DNA of 45,719 bases from Octopus bimaculoides. Its lineage: Eukaryota. A program made the position numbers and the translations under genes. Shown here piece after piece: positions 24,385-36,086 of this stretch. Position 1 is the first letter of the stretch, and every line of letters begins with the position of its first letter. The stretch is from assembly GCF_001194135.2 (NCBI RefSeq), contig NC_068983.1, positions 72,556,093-72,601,811 on the forward strand. Reading direction: 5' to 3'. The notes below the pieces were generated by a model that was not told the origin of the DNA, did not search any database, and saw only the letters and a list, made by a program, of their open reading frames with translations.

Positions 24385-24723
24385 AGGCTACTGGCTATGT
24401 AAAAGTAGTGCCAAAATAGCATAACTTTCAATAAAAAATTAAGAAACCAATAAAATGTTAAAGAAAGAAGGAACCTAGAATTCAAAGTAACAGAAGCTAA
24501 TTACTGAAACATAATAACAGAGGTTTTGATATAAAACAACCCCAGGAATACATCAATGATTTTGACATTTATTAAAGTATAGGAATGGATCACTGCAACA
24601 GTACTACTAAAACTACTAAAAATTAAAAATCAAAACAAAAAAATAACTTCATAATCATAACTGAAACCTTGGTAACCATTTCAGTAATAATATTAAGAGA
24701 AGGACCTCTTTCCACTAATTAAA

Positions 24724-24910
24724 ACACACTTGATGTTTATTGCATGCTCAGTTATACAAAAGACAGCTGAAAAAGAGCAATTGCCTAATGAGTTAAAATA
24801 CTGTCTTGCCTCATTCAAGTTCATTGGGTTTTCAACTATACAAAAGACAGCTGCAAAAGAGCAATGCCTAAAGAATTATAATACTCTCTTGCTTGATGAA
24901 GTACATATTT
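24724..24910 (-). other. Two-copy 83/84-bp repeat encoding a 28-aa unit (product unknown)
   Basis: LHQAREYYNSLG/CSFAAVFCIVENPM and NLNEARQYFNSLGNCSFSAVFCITEHAI; one 1-nt deletion. Confidence 0.5.
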
Positions 24911-25683
24911 TTCACATCAATTAATTTACAGTCTTGTACATTTACTTAATAGTTTTCTCATCACTATTTCATCAGTACTTCATTGATGAAGTCATAATAA
25001 TACTGAAGCATGTCCAAAGTTGTCTCTTATTCTTTCCAAAATAGTTATAAAAATTTTAGTTGCTGCCTAATATTGTTTTTCCTCTCCGTATAAATATTTG
25101 TAGCTTGCTTTTTAATGTTCCTTGGATTAAATTTGTTAATACTAACTTAACTACAGTTTGTCTGTAGAGTGGGATAGATGCAATATAGCTTCATTGCATA
25201 CCACACTAAAATAACTGCAATATGCAGTATGGTATCAAACTGGACAACATGATATATTCTTGCTAAAGTTGCATTCTATCAAGCATTCAATAGATAACAA
25301 CTATATTGTACAATAGCTCAAATAGAACTATAAGTAACAGCAATAAATTTTGTATGAATACATTATCAGAAAAGTGCATCACTTAAAGTAAATATATGAA
25401 AATAATAGTTCAATAATGTTTTTTTACTAACAGTATCTCAATAAATCAAAAATAACAAAGATAGTTTAACAGGCTTTTATACTTTGGCTTTGTTACAAAA
25501 TAAACATTGTGAATAGTAAGAATATATACTAAATGTTCCATAATATTATCAACACAAAAATGCATAAACACACAAGCTTACAAGGCATGCATATATAATC
25601 ACAAACACGTATCATCTTTCATACATACATATGTACATACATCATACATACATACATACAAATTTGAGACCAAATTTGAGAGA

Positions 25684-25684
<1 letters not shown>

Positions 25685-25764
<80 letters not shown>
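25685..25764. repeat. (TG)n microsatellite
   Basis: Perfect TG run. Confidence 0.95.
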
Positions 25765-25767
<3 letters not shown>

Positions 25768-27208
25768 AATGACAGAAAGAGACAAACAGACAGACAAGTA
25801 GTAAGAGATTACTTTTTGCCTTCTATGTCTTTAAAACACTTCTTCTTTTTGGCTTTGCATTGAGCAACAGAATTCAATAGTTTAAATAATTTACTGAGGT
25901 AAACTCTACATAAATGTTACAGTGATTTTTTTTTTTTTAATTCCCAGTTTCTGTTCATTTACTTACTAGACAATTACACAGTTTTATGCACAAGCTAACA
26001 AGCAAGTGTCTATATGGTTGCAAGGAAGTTACAAATAGAAACCAAATCTTCAAATCATATTTAGCTATTTCAAATAAAGAAGGATACATTATACAATATC
26101 AGCTCTAACACAGAAAAAGAAGGAGAAGTTACAGCTAAAACGTGTTTATGAAAGAGCATCTAAAATGGATCTACATAATAAATTTAAAATTTCACAAGAA
26201 AAAAAATTATAAACATAGGAATGGAAATAAGGAATAGTAAGTGATTAGGTGTTGGTATGGTTATAGTCAGTTAGCTCCAAGCCAGCTATGATTCAGCAGA
26301 CCCATGATTCAATACATTCCAATATAATTTGAGGGAGATTTGGCTAACATTTTTAACAGGCTGATCAACTGTGTATTGACTCACTTGTCACCTCAAGTGA
26401 CTAAATGGCAGATAAAGTGGAAGAGACTCCAAACATAAAATATTTGAATAAGAATATCAAAATATGAAGATATCTAAAAGGTGGCAAGATGGTAGATTTG
26501 CTTAAAACCATAGAAAAAATGTCTTGTGGTATTTCTCCTAGCTATTTATGTTCTGAGCTAAAATCATGCAATGATCAACTTTCCCTTTCATCACTCAATA
26601 CTAGGATCATCAGTATTCACTAACTCTCCTCCCTCTAATTTCAGGCATTGTGCCTATATTAGAAGCAAAATAAAAGTATTAAGCCATCTGATATAAAAAA
26701 GAAATATTCATATTAAAATACGAAATAGTTTTTTATAAATCTAATTTTAAAATTTTCTTGACATTTTAATTTAAAAATTAATAATATTTTCATAGTTGTT
26801 GCTGTATTTATTTTCCAGAAGACTTTCCCTAAAATTTCAATTTGGTTGTCATTCGATGAATTACTGTTCTTCAATGTCACTTAATCCCAATGCTGTACAA
26901 AAGATTGGTTGAGCTTAGCAAATTGCATGTTTACAACATCTGTTTCCCCAAAAGACAATTATTTCAACCAGAAAAATCCCAAATGTGTTTTGTCAATTTA
27001 CACATTCTAATACCAATGAGGTGACAACAGCTTTAAATTCAGTGAGTTTCATTCTTTACATCTAGTAATCACCACAGCAATTCACCATGAACTTTGCTAA
27101 CATTATCATGTGTCTGTTTGTGTATAAGTGTGCATGTGTGCATGCCATAAAATATTGCCTAAAAACAGCCCCATCCAATCCAGGCTAGCATGGAAAATTA
27201 AACTTTAG

Positions 27209-27209
<1 letters not shown>

Positions 27210-27297
<88 letters not shown>
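27210..27297. repeat. (TG)n microsatellite
   Basis: Perfect TG run. Confidence 0.95.
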
Positions 27298-27298
<1 letters not shown>

Positions 27299-27351
27299 AT
27301 GTAGAGAGAGAGAAAGAAAGAGACAGACAGACAGGCATACAGCTAGATACA

Positions 27352-27535
27352 GAGGTGCAGGCATGGCAACGTTGGTAAGAAGTTCACTTCACAACTACAA
27401 AGTTTCAGGCTCAGTCCTACAGCACGGTACCTTGAAGAAGTATTTTGAACTATAGCTCCAGGCCAACCATTTCCCTGTGAGTGAATGTGGCAGACAGAAA
27501 CTGTGCAGAAGCCTGATATGTATATGTGTATATAT
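27352..27535 (+). mobile_element. Family B SINE head, interrupted by mariner
   Basis: Alignable to 2690-2860; the TG linker resumes at about 28384. Confidence 0.7.
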
Positions 27536-27536
27536 A

Positions 27537-28383
27537 CGAGGTCTGATCAATAAGTATCCGGATTGTTGCCATAGTAACGAAGCTGCTTTGAAGTAAAGCT
27601 GCTTTGCTCAGATTGATCTTGAACTCTGCTGTGCATGCACACTAAGTTTTAATGTTCCAGCTCACTTTGGCTGTTTACAGCAGTGCTTGGAAGGAATTTA
27701 GGGTAGTGTGTGATCATCACATTGACCATGACAGAGAAAGTTGTCATAGCGATACCTGCTCAGAGGCTAATGCAAAGTTTTCGAAACGATTTCATCTTTC
27801 TTGACACAATCAAGGAGATCTTGTGCAACTGATCTTGTTGGTCAGTTGAAAGCAGTTTTGGTACAAACTTGGCGGACAAGCGTTTCACACCCAAATCTTC
27901 AGTGATAATGGATTGAACTGAACCGTAACTAATCTGCACATCCTCTGATAACTCATGTGGCTGGGTGTTGATGATTTCTCCTCACAGCTGCATGCACATC
28001 TGTGATGTTTTTCTCAGTTCTGCTGATTGCAAGGCCTCTCAGAACATCTGTCAATATCAACATTTTTGCGGCCATCTTCAAAATGTCTGAACCATTCATA
28101 CACTTGTGTGCAGCTCATACACTCATCTTCATACACTTTCTGTAACTTTGGCAAAATTTGATGTAGGTTCTCTGTTCAACTTTCTCTGTCATGGTCAATG
28201 TGACAATCACACACAACACACCTTCCTTCCAAGCACTGCTGTAAACAGCGGAAGTGAGCTACACTAAAACTTAGTGCACATGCACAGCAGAGTTTAAGGT
28301 CAATCTGCATCAAGTAGCTTCACTCTCCATGCTTTAGCTTCGTTACTATAGCAACAATCCAGATACTTATTGATTGGACCACA
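27537..28383. mobile_element. Mariner derivative with ~207-bp inverted arms
   Basis: TA-CGAGGTCTGATCAATAAGTATC terminus; arms 27537-27743 and 28177-28383; minus strand from the ATG at 28192 gives MTEKVEQRTYIKFCQ/LQKVYEDECMSCTQVYEWFRHFEDGRKNV...DLGVKRLSAKFVPKLLS. Confidence 0.9.
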
Positions 28384-28559
28384 TGTGTGTATGTGTGTGT
28401 GCGCTTGTGTATTTGTATTTATTGTTTGTGTCTCGCCTCTTGACAAGTCTTTTGTTGTTGGTGCCTCTGTAACTTAATAATCTGGCAAAAAAAAAAGTGA
28501 CCAATGGAATAACTACAAAACTTAGCTTTCTAACCACACAGCCATGCCTGTGCCTACAA

Positions 28560-28685
28560 AATGTACCAAAACAGACACAGAAATCTGGTGCAGTCTCCTG
28601 CATGGCCAGCACCTTTCAAACTATCCAACCCACGTCAGCATGGAAAGCAGATGTTAAATGATGAAGATGTTAAATGATGATGATG

Positions 28686-28717
<32 letters not shown>

Positions 28718-28718
28718 G
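28560..28718 (+). mobile_element. Degenerate family C retroposon
   Basis: CCAACCCACGTCAGCATGGAAAGCAGATGTTAAATGATGA with a duplicated tail unit and (GAT)n. Confidence 0.7.
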
Positions 28719-29111
28719 GCTATCAACATGGGTTCCGAAACCCAATGGTTCTCATTATATTTCTAAAGTTTGTTTTTTTTTTCTTTATATAGTATATCTA
28801 GGGTAAATCAGCCTGATAGAGCCCATCAAACTATACTCTCAGGAAAACATTGAATAACACTTCAAAGTTAAAGCAGTGCTTAACAATTTTGCATTGTTCC
28901 CATGAATTATGATACTGGAGTATACCACTCAATGGTACATATTTAAGTTAGTAAACTAGGCTGCTAAGAATTAAGTCTTGTGTTTACACCAGTGCTATGG
29001 TACCAGTGCTATGGTACAGAATGTCAATTCTGAAAGCTAATTCAGAACCTTTCCAAATCAACTGACTGCACAGAGAAAGGGACAGACAGAGAGACAGACA
29101 GTGTATGTGTG

Positions 29112-29114
<3 letters not shown>

Positions 29115-29188
<74 letters not shown>
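29115..29188. repeat. (TG)n microsatellite
   Basis: Perfect TG run. Confidence 0.95.
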
Positions 29189-29191
<3 letters not shown>

Positions 29192-29399
29192 GAATATATG
29201 TGTGTGTGATTGTGTTAGTATGTTTAAGTGGACAAAAGAAAAAATAAGCAATATTAAATTGCAGCAAGCAACACAATTGTTTTCAGTTGTGCAAGGATTA
29301 GTTTTAATACTGAATCCTACTATAATTTTTAATGACAATGTGTCTAAATTCTAATGAGTTGGGAAGTTGCTGCTGGGATTTAAATGTATCAGATATAGT

Positions 29400-29500
29400 T
29401 CAGGTGGCATGATCATTTAATGAGAAAGGATAATGAGAGCTGGATGAAATGAATCATCATAGACAGATGTTAGCCAGACCAAAAATAATAAATAGAAACA
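29400..29500 (+). mobile_element. Possible RTE ORF 3' relic
   Basis: With one frameshift reads RWHDHLMR/DNESWMK, resembling RTE RWYGHVMR..WVKK. Confidence 0.35.
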
Positions 29501-30222
29501 AAGCCTGGAATTAGATATTTTAGCTGACTAATAAAATTGAAATAAACATACACAAAAAAAAGTAAGATTATACTTTAAAAAAAAAAGAAATTAGTAATCA
29601 GAAAACTGTATGTGAAAATATATTGTATAAGAAAAAAACAGAAACTACCAAAAGCATAAACAAATATAAAATTTTAATTAATTGAATTTCCAAAAAATTA
29701 TGACCGCTATGTTTTTCACAGCTATTCTACATTTTTTAGTCAATAGAAATTATAATATATTGCCAAGAGTTGAGAAATAAAGAAACAAACACTTTAAAAT
29801 TAACTGAATTGAGAAATTAGATTAATAACTACTGCAATCATTAATTATATAATGACAACACTATTTTAATTTATCTATAGATTCTTTCAGTTCTTGATAA
29901 GAGGTTTGCTATAAACTTAAATTTATTCTTATGCACTTGTTGCATGGAGATTGATCTTTGCAATGTGTGGTGTGTGTGAACGCACGCATGTGTGTGTGTG
30001 TATAAATTTATACATACTATATATATATATTAAATAATGAGGGTGGAAATTGATATCAATCAACTAACGTCAATTTAAACCAGTGGTCTAGCATATTCAA
30101 AAAGAATCTGAAGATTTAAAAATTATATTACAACTAATAAGAGGAATGACTACTAAAGTGAATTCCTATATGCTATATAGCATATAGGAATCCACTTTAG
30201 TGGTCACTCCTCTTATTAATTG

Positions 30223-30262
<40 letters not shown>

Positions 30263-30272
30263 NNNNNNNNNN
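30263..30272. other. Assembly gap
   Basis: N run. Confidence 1.
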
Positions 30273-30361
30273 TCAGATTGGAGCCTGGTGTTGCCATCCG
30301 GTTTCACCAGTCCTCAGTCAAATCGTCCAACCCATGCTAGCATGGAAAGCGGACGTTAAAC

Positions 30362-30439
<78 letters not shown>
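30273..30439 (+). mobile_element. Family C retroposon 3' part, young
   Basis: About 90 bp nearly identical to 570-660; long (GAT)n tail. Confidence 0.9.
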
Positions 30440-30631
30440 ATCATCATCATCATCATCATCATCATTTAGCAAACACTTATCCATGCTTACTATTAATTAA
30501 AGCAAATTTTCTATAGTTGGATGCCCACCGTTTTGCCAACCCTCACCTATTTCCAAGCAAGGTAATGCATGGAAGATTCAGTCAGAATGTATCATCTTGT
30601 GACAATGTAAACTTTCATTTAATCAAGATAT

Positions 30632-30726
30632 CTTTGGCCTGAAGAGCAACCTGCAGTATACACCTCGCTTGGATATTTACCACTTCTGAGGTTTCGCTCG
30701 CTATGAAACATATATGTAGCCCAGAG
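30632..30726 (+). ncRNA. Hammerhead-like motif, degenerate stem II
   Basis: CTTTGGC-CTGAAGA-[stem-loop]-GAA-ACATATATGT-A-GCCCAGAG; palindromic stem III and GUA cleavage triplet. Confidence 0.45.
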
Positions 30727-30783
30727 CTTATCAACTCCATTATAACTTACTTTACTATTTCTTCACCCTTGCTGCACTATTTA

Positions 30784-31580
30784 TGAGGTGCATTCCAGAA
30801 GTTTTGAGACTTTTATAGGAGAGGCTGTTATAACTACCCTACATTATTGTGATTTTTGTATATCATTACTATACATCTAAAAGGCTGAGGCTGCCAACTT
30901 TTGTTATTCCAGACCAAAGGAAACAGTTATAATAGCACTTCGAACATCTCTGCTAAACACTACTTGTCACAGCTTACTAACTTGCTGAAAGCAGTTGAGA
31001 CGTAAAGACAATTTGGAGCTCACTATGCAATAAAGTTTTGTGTTAAACTGTGCAAAAGTGCTAAAGAAACTTTAAAAAATGTTCCAGACTATTTATGGAT
31101 TAACTTGTATGAGCCAAGCATCTGTTTTTCACTGGTACAAAAGGTTAGGCAAAGTAAGGCCTCTAAGAAAATCATAATGATCCCCTTTTTTGACAGCAAG
31201 GGCATCATCTACAGCCACTGGGTTCCCTCTAGCTAGACAGTCAACAAAGAGTAGTGTGTGGAGGTTTTGAGGGAATTTAGGAAGCAATTTTGTCTCCATC
31301 CTGGTAACTAACTACTTGACAGAGATAGGCTTCAAAACTGTCCCTCACCTTCCATACATGTAGACTTTACTCCCTTTGACCTTTGATTGTTCCCCAAGAT
31401 GAAGGAGGCTAAACAAGGGTCCTGGACACCTTCACTTTGGAGAACTTCCATGGGGCTTTCACAAAGTGGCTGGAGTGCTACAAGTACACCAAAGTCAGAG
31501 GATTCTACTTTGAAAGAGATTAGAGTTCTATACTTCTTTGAAATCTCTCCTGAAAAGGTCTCAAAACTTCTGGTGTAACA
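30784..31580 (+). mobile_element. Internally deleted mariner element
   Basis: TA flanks; TIRs share CCAGAAGTTTTGAGAC; remnants YAIKFCVKLCKSAKETL, PFFDSKGIIYSHWVP, TVPHLPY..DFTPFDL*LFPKMK. Confidence 0.85.
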
Positions 31581-31599
31581 TAGTTTTCCAAACCCTAAA

Positions 31600-32230
31600 T
31601 CACAGCATTCACCAAATTTCTGCCTCCTTCTTTTCTTGGTAAGTAGAACTTGCTATTAGGGTGGTGTGCATTATGCACAGTGAGCAGCTTCATAGTTCTT
31701 CTGTCCTGTTCTTGTAGCTGTCTTTCTCCACCTTAAAGAAGCAGAATATCTCAACAACGACATGATCCATGTATTCACTGCCTTGCTGACATTAAATCCA
31801 ATTAGTTTTATTCCAAGCACCTTCTTAACCTTTCCTTCGTAGTTTTGATGACTTTTTCTCACATTCCTCTTTCTATTACCGTATTGTCTGCGACACTCCA
31901 AGGTACTCGTGTCTTTCATTATTTCCCAGGATCTAATATCATCTTATGGTAATTTTATACCATCAGATTTAATATTTCAACTTCTACCTTCTTTTTACTT
32001 GTTTCAGTCATTAGACTGTGGCCATACTGGGGCACCACCTTGAAGAATTCTTAGTCAAATGAATCGACCCAAGTACTTATGGTTTTTTAAGCCAGGTGTT
32101 TATTTTATTTGTTTCTTTTGCTGAACTACTAAGTTAGGGGAACATAAACACACCAAAACCGGCTGTCAAGCAGTGGTGAGAGACAAACACAGACACAAAG
32201 ACACGCACATAGATATACATACATGTATAC

Positions 32231-32285
<55 letters not shown>

Positions 32286-33090
32286 ATGAGCTGCTTTCAG
32301 TTTCCATCTACCAGATCCACTCACATGCCATTGGTCGGTCCAAGGCTATAGTAGAAGACATTTTCCCAAAGTACCACACAGTGGGACTAAACCCAGAACC
32401 ATGTGGTTGAGAAGCAAGCTTCTTACCACACAGCTATGCCTGCTTCATACTTAATTTAAACTGCACATTTATTCACCTCAAACTGTATACTAATGACCTC
32501 ACTAAACATTTTTTACTGTTTAAACAAGAGAATACAGGTTGTTTTTTTGGAATACAGCTTGAACTCATCCATATACAACAGATGATTTATTTTCACCCTG
32601 ATTTTATCAAGCTCATAGACAACTCCAGATTTTCTCACTATGCTTGTCGAAGAAATCAATGCAATCAAAAGTGGTGGAGAATGAATCTCTAAAATATTCT
32701 TCTCCAAATATTCACATTTTCTAATGATTCATTTCCACACTTTAGTCTTTTTTCCCATGATTGCATCACTTTTTTAAAAACTGTTAATCTTCTCATTGAC
32801 CCATGCAAGCAAGGTAAAAGTGAACATTAAAACAATGATGATATTTCTAAATAGCCAGTTCAGCCGATACTGATTTATTCTCTGTTGGGTATTTTTTTTT
32901 TTTACACTCAACTTTGTCTTAATTTGTCTTATCACTCCCTTAGCTACCCGTAATCCTCTATGCCTGATATAATACTTCCTTTGGAACTCATTCCTTTGTC
33001 TTTACTTCATCTTTTTTTCAATTACAGCATTTATCCTTCAAAGATCTCTATTGAGCTATTCAACTTGATTCTCAAATATTCATTTCTACC
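31600..33090 (-). mobile_element. R4/Dong-clade non-LTR retrotransposon relic
   Basis: KINHLLYMDEFKLYSK, SDGIKLP, EYLGVS, VNTWIMSLLRYSA, DRRTMKLLTVHNAHHP..FYLPRKEGGRNL; interrupted by a SINE. Confidence 0.85.
31990..32443 (-). mobile_element. Family B SINE inserted in the R4 relic
   Basis: Full reverse complement of the 2690-3086 type, with a TA linker. Confidence 0.85.
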
Positions 33091-33835
33091 ATAGGTCTTT
33101 ATCCCATTTTTTTCTGATTATTATTATTATTATTATTATTATCACCATCATCACCATCATCATCCTGTCTAATTAAAATTAAAATAATCATCCTCATTGT
33201 TTTAACGTTCAGATAAAGGTATTTTTCTCACCATGAACATTATTAGTGCTAAAAAAATTTAAATCATAAAATCAAACTTTAAAAAATGTTATACAATCAT
33301 CATTGTCATTTTAATATCCATTTTAATGTTCTAGTATAAAAAATTTGTTATGATTCTTAAAGAACTTGACCCCTGCTCTGCATATTTCCTTTACTGAGGT
33401 TGTATAACTTGACATTCTTATCATCAACCACACAGATTGGATGGCAGTAATTTGAGGGAAGTAGGAGTATTGATACAAATGCAGATGTCTTGGCCTCTCT
33501 ACCTCACATCAGTTTCATTATGAATGACCTTCTGTCCAAGACAAACTTGAACAATGACAAAATAAAATGCCATATGACTAAATGACAGTAAATGACATTT
33601 AAAAGTAATGCAGAAAATGTGAAAAAGAGAAAAACTGTAGAAATGCAATAGTAAGTGGTGTATTCACACTTGAATTCTAATTGTGAGCCAGGATGGACTT
33701 CTTTTTTTAACCAACCCATCAAAGGCAACCCCTGGTTCTATGATATAAACTCCATGGTAATATAAATATCATCTTATTTAAAACCTTCCAACAAAATTTT
33801 ATGTTGATTCATGTTTCAAATACCAGCTTAATAAT

Positions 33836-34277
33836 GGGCAAAATTGTGACTGTGTGGTAAGAAGCTTGCTTTCCAACCACATAGTATCGGGTTCAGACCC
33901 ACTGCATGGCACCTTGGGCAAGTGTTTTCTACTATAATCTCAGGTTGACCATAGCTTTGTGAATGGATTTGGCAGATGGAAACTGAAAGAAGCCCATCAC
34001 ATATATATATATGTGTGTGGTGTGTATGTATATATGTATATATATTTATGTGTGTGTGTCTTTGTGTCTGTCCCTCATTCTCACCATCGCTTGACAACCG
34101 ATGGTGGTGTGTGTATGTCCCCATAACTTAAGCAGTTCGGCAAAAGAGACCAATAGAATAAGTACTAGGCATACAAAGAATAAGTCCTGGGGTCAAGTTC
34201 TTCGACTAAAGCCATTTAAGGTGGTGCTCCAGCATGACCACAGTCAAATGACTGAAATGTATAAAAGAATAAAAGAA
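33836..34277 (+). mobile_element. Family B SINE
   Basis: Alignable to 2690-3086. Confidence 0.85.
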
Positions 34278-34463
34278 TTATTTTCTAAATTATTTGAAAC
34301 AAAGGTAGTATTTTCAACAGAAATATACTAATGAAGGTGTTAAAGCTCTAAAGTCAGAGTGAGAAAATATATTATAATAGTGTATGAAATGCAGAGACAG
34401 GAAAGCACAATAGAATGTTTGTGCAATAGGCTTTAAGAAACCTACTATTTTACAAAACTGTAC

Positions 34464-34636
34464 ATAGGCACAGGAGTGGCTGTGTGGTAAGAAGCTTGCT
34501 TCCCAACCACATGGTTCTGGATTCAGTCCCACTGTGTGGCACTTCGAGTAAGTGTCTTCTACTATAGACTTGGGCTGACTAAAGCCTTGTGAGTGAATAT
34601 GGTAGGCGGAAACTGAAAGAAGCCTATCGTGTATAT

Positions 34637-34682
<46 letters not shown>

Positions 34683-34873
34683 NNNNNNNNNNNNCTGTAC
34701 ATAGGCACAGGAGTGGCTGTGTGGTAAGAAGCTTGCTTCCCAACCACATGGTTCTGGATTCAGTCCCACTGTGTGGCACTTCGAGTAAGTGTCTTCTACT
34801 ATAGACTTGGGCTGACTAAAGCCTTGTGAGTGAATATGGTAGGCGGAAACTGAAAGAAGCCTATCGTGTATAT

Positions 34874-34921
<48 letters not shown>

Positions 34922-35118
34922 TTGTGTGTCTGTGTTTGTCCCCCCACCATCGCTTGACAACCGATGTTGGTGTGCTTACATCCCTGTAACTTAACAGTTT
35001 GGCAAAAGAGACTGATAGAATAAGTACTAGGCTTACAAAGAATAAGTCCTGGGGTCGATTTGTTCGACTAAAGGCAGTGCTCCAGCATGGCCACAGTCAA
35101 ATGACTGAAACAAATAAA
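34464..35118 (+). mobile_element. Family B SINE (5' half duplicated across a gap)
   Basis: 34458-34682 is repeated identically from 34695, after the N gap at 34683-34694. Confidence 0.85.
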
Positions 35119-35459
35119 ATAGCCCATTTTCTTCAAGCAACACAACTATAGTAACCCAGCTGCCATAGGTTGGAAGTCCCACAAAACAGGTAAGAGCACC
35201 ATCTTCCCTCTTCTAGTTAGGCCATACAGAAATTTAATGAATTATTTGTTACCATTTAAGTAAGCAGGTATTAGTGAAAGACAGATTTTCTAGTCACAGA
35301 CCACTTTTATCACTTTTGAGGGAGCACACAAAGAGTAGATGTGAACAATGCCTTGGTACACAATTCCAACTAGCTTTGCTTTAGATTATTACAAATATAA
35401 CTAAAATAAAATAGTTTGTACTGAAACAAATTGCATGGTAAAGGATGATGAGCACAAGT

Positions 35460-35641
35460 TTATCATCATCATCGTTTAACGTCCATTTTCCATGCTAGCA
35501 TGGGTTGGACGATTTGACTGAGGACTGGCGAACCAGATAGCTGCACCAGGCTCCAATCTGATCTGGCAGAGTTTCTACAGCTGGATGCCCTTCCTAACGC
35601 CAACCACTCCGAGAGTGTAGACAACCACTCCGAGAGTGTAG
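35460..35641 (-). mobile_element. Family C retroposon, 5'-truncated
   Basis: Reverse complement of 510-665; 20-bp tandem duplication CAACCACTCCGAGAGTGTAG at the 5' junction. Confidence 0.85.
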
Positions 35642-36018
35642 TATTTAATAATTCATTAGTCTAACATGAACTTGTCAGAAACAACACAATGAAAGTCAAT
35701 AGAACAGAGATATGTACTGCAAATAAATTTACTAACAGGTTTATTTCTTTAGCACCAGTTGAATCATCTGAGATCAACACAAACATTTATTTTAATGCTT
35801 TTGTAACTAATATCTCAGTAAAATAAATATTTTCTTTGCCTTAAATGAACCATTTTTTTTTTAATTAATAGGAAAGGCATGAAAATAAAAAGGCAGTTTA
35901 TCACATGACACATGTACCAATGCTTATCACAATACAAAATGTAGTTCTAAGTACAAAAAGTACATGTAATTGCTTTGAATAGCACATTCTTATAAGCCCT
36001 GTGGTACAAGTGTGTATG

Positions 36019-36023
<5 letters not shown>

Positions 36024-36085
<62 letters not shown>
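36024..36085. repeat. (TA)n microsatellite
   Basis: TA run. Confidence 0.95.

Positions 36086-36086
<1 letters not shown>

Noticed and set aside
34458-34917. Apparent tandem SINE duplication
   Set aside because: Identical sequence on both sides of an N gap; most likely an unmerged contig overlap.
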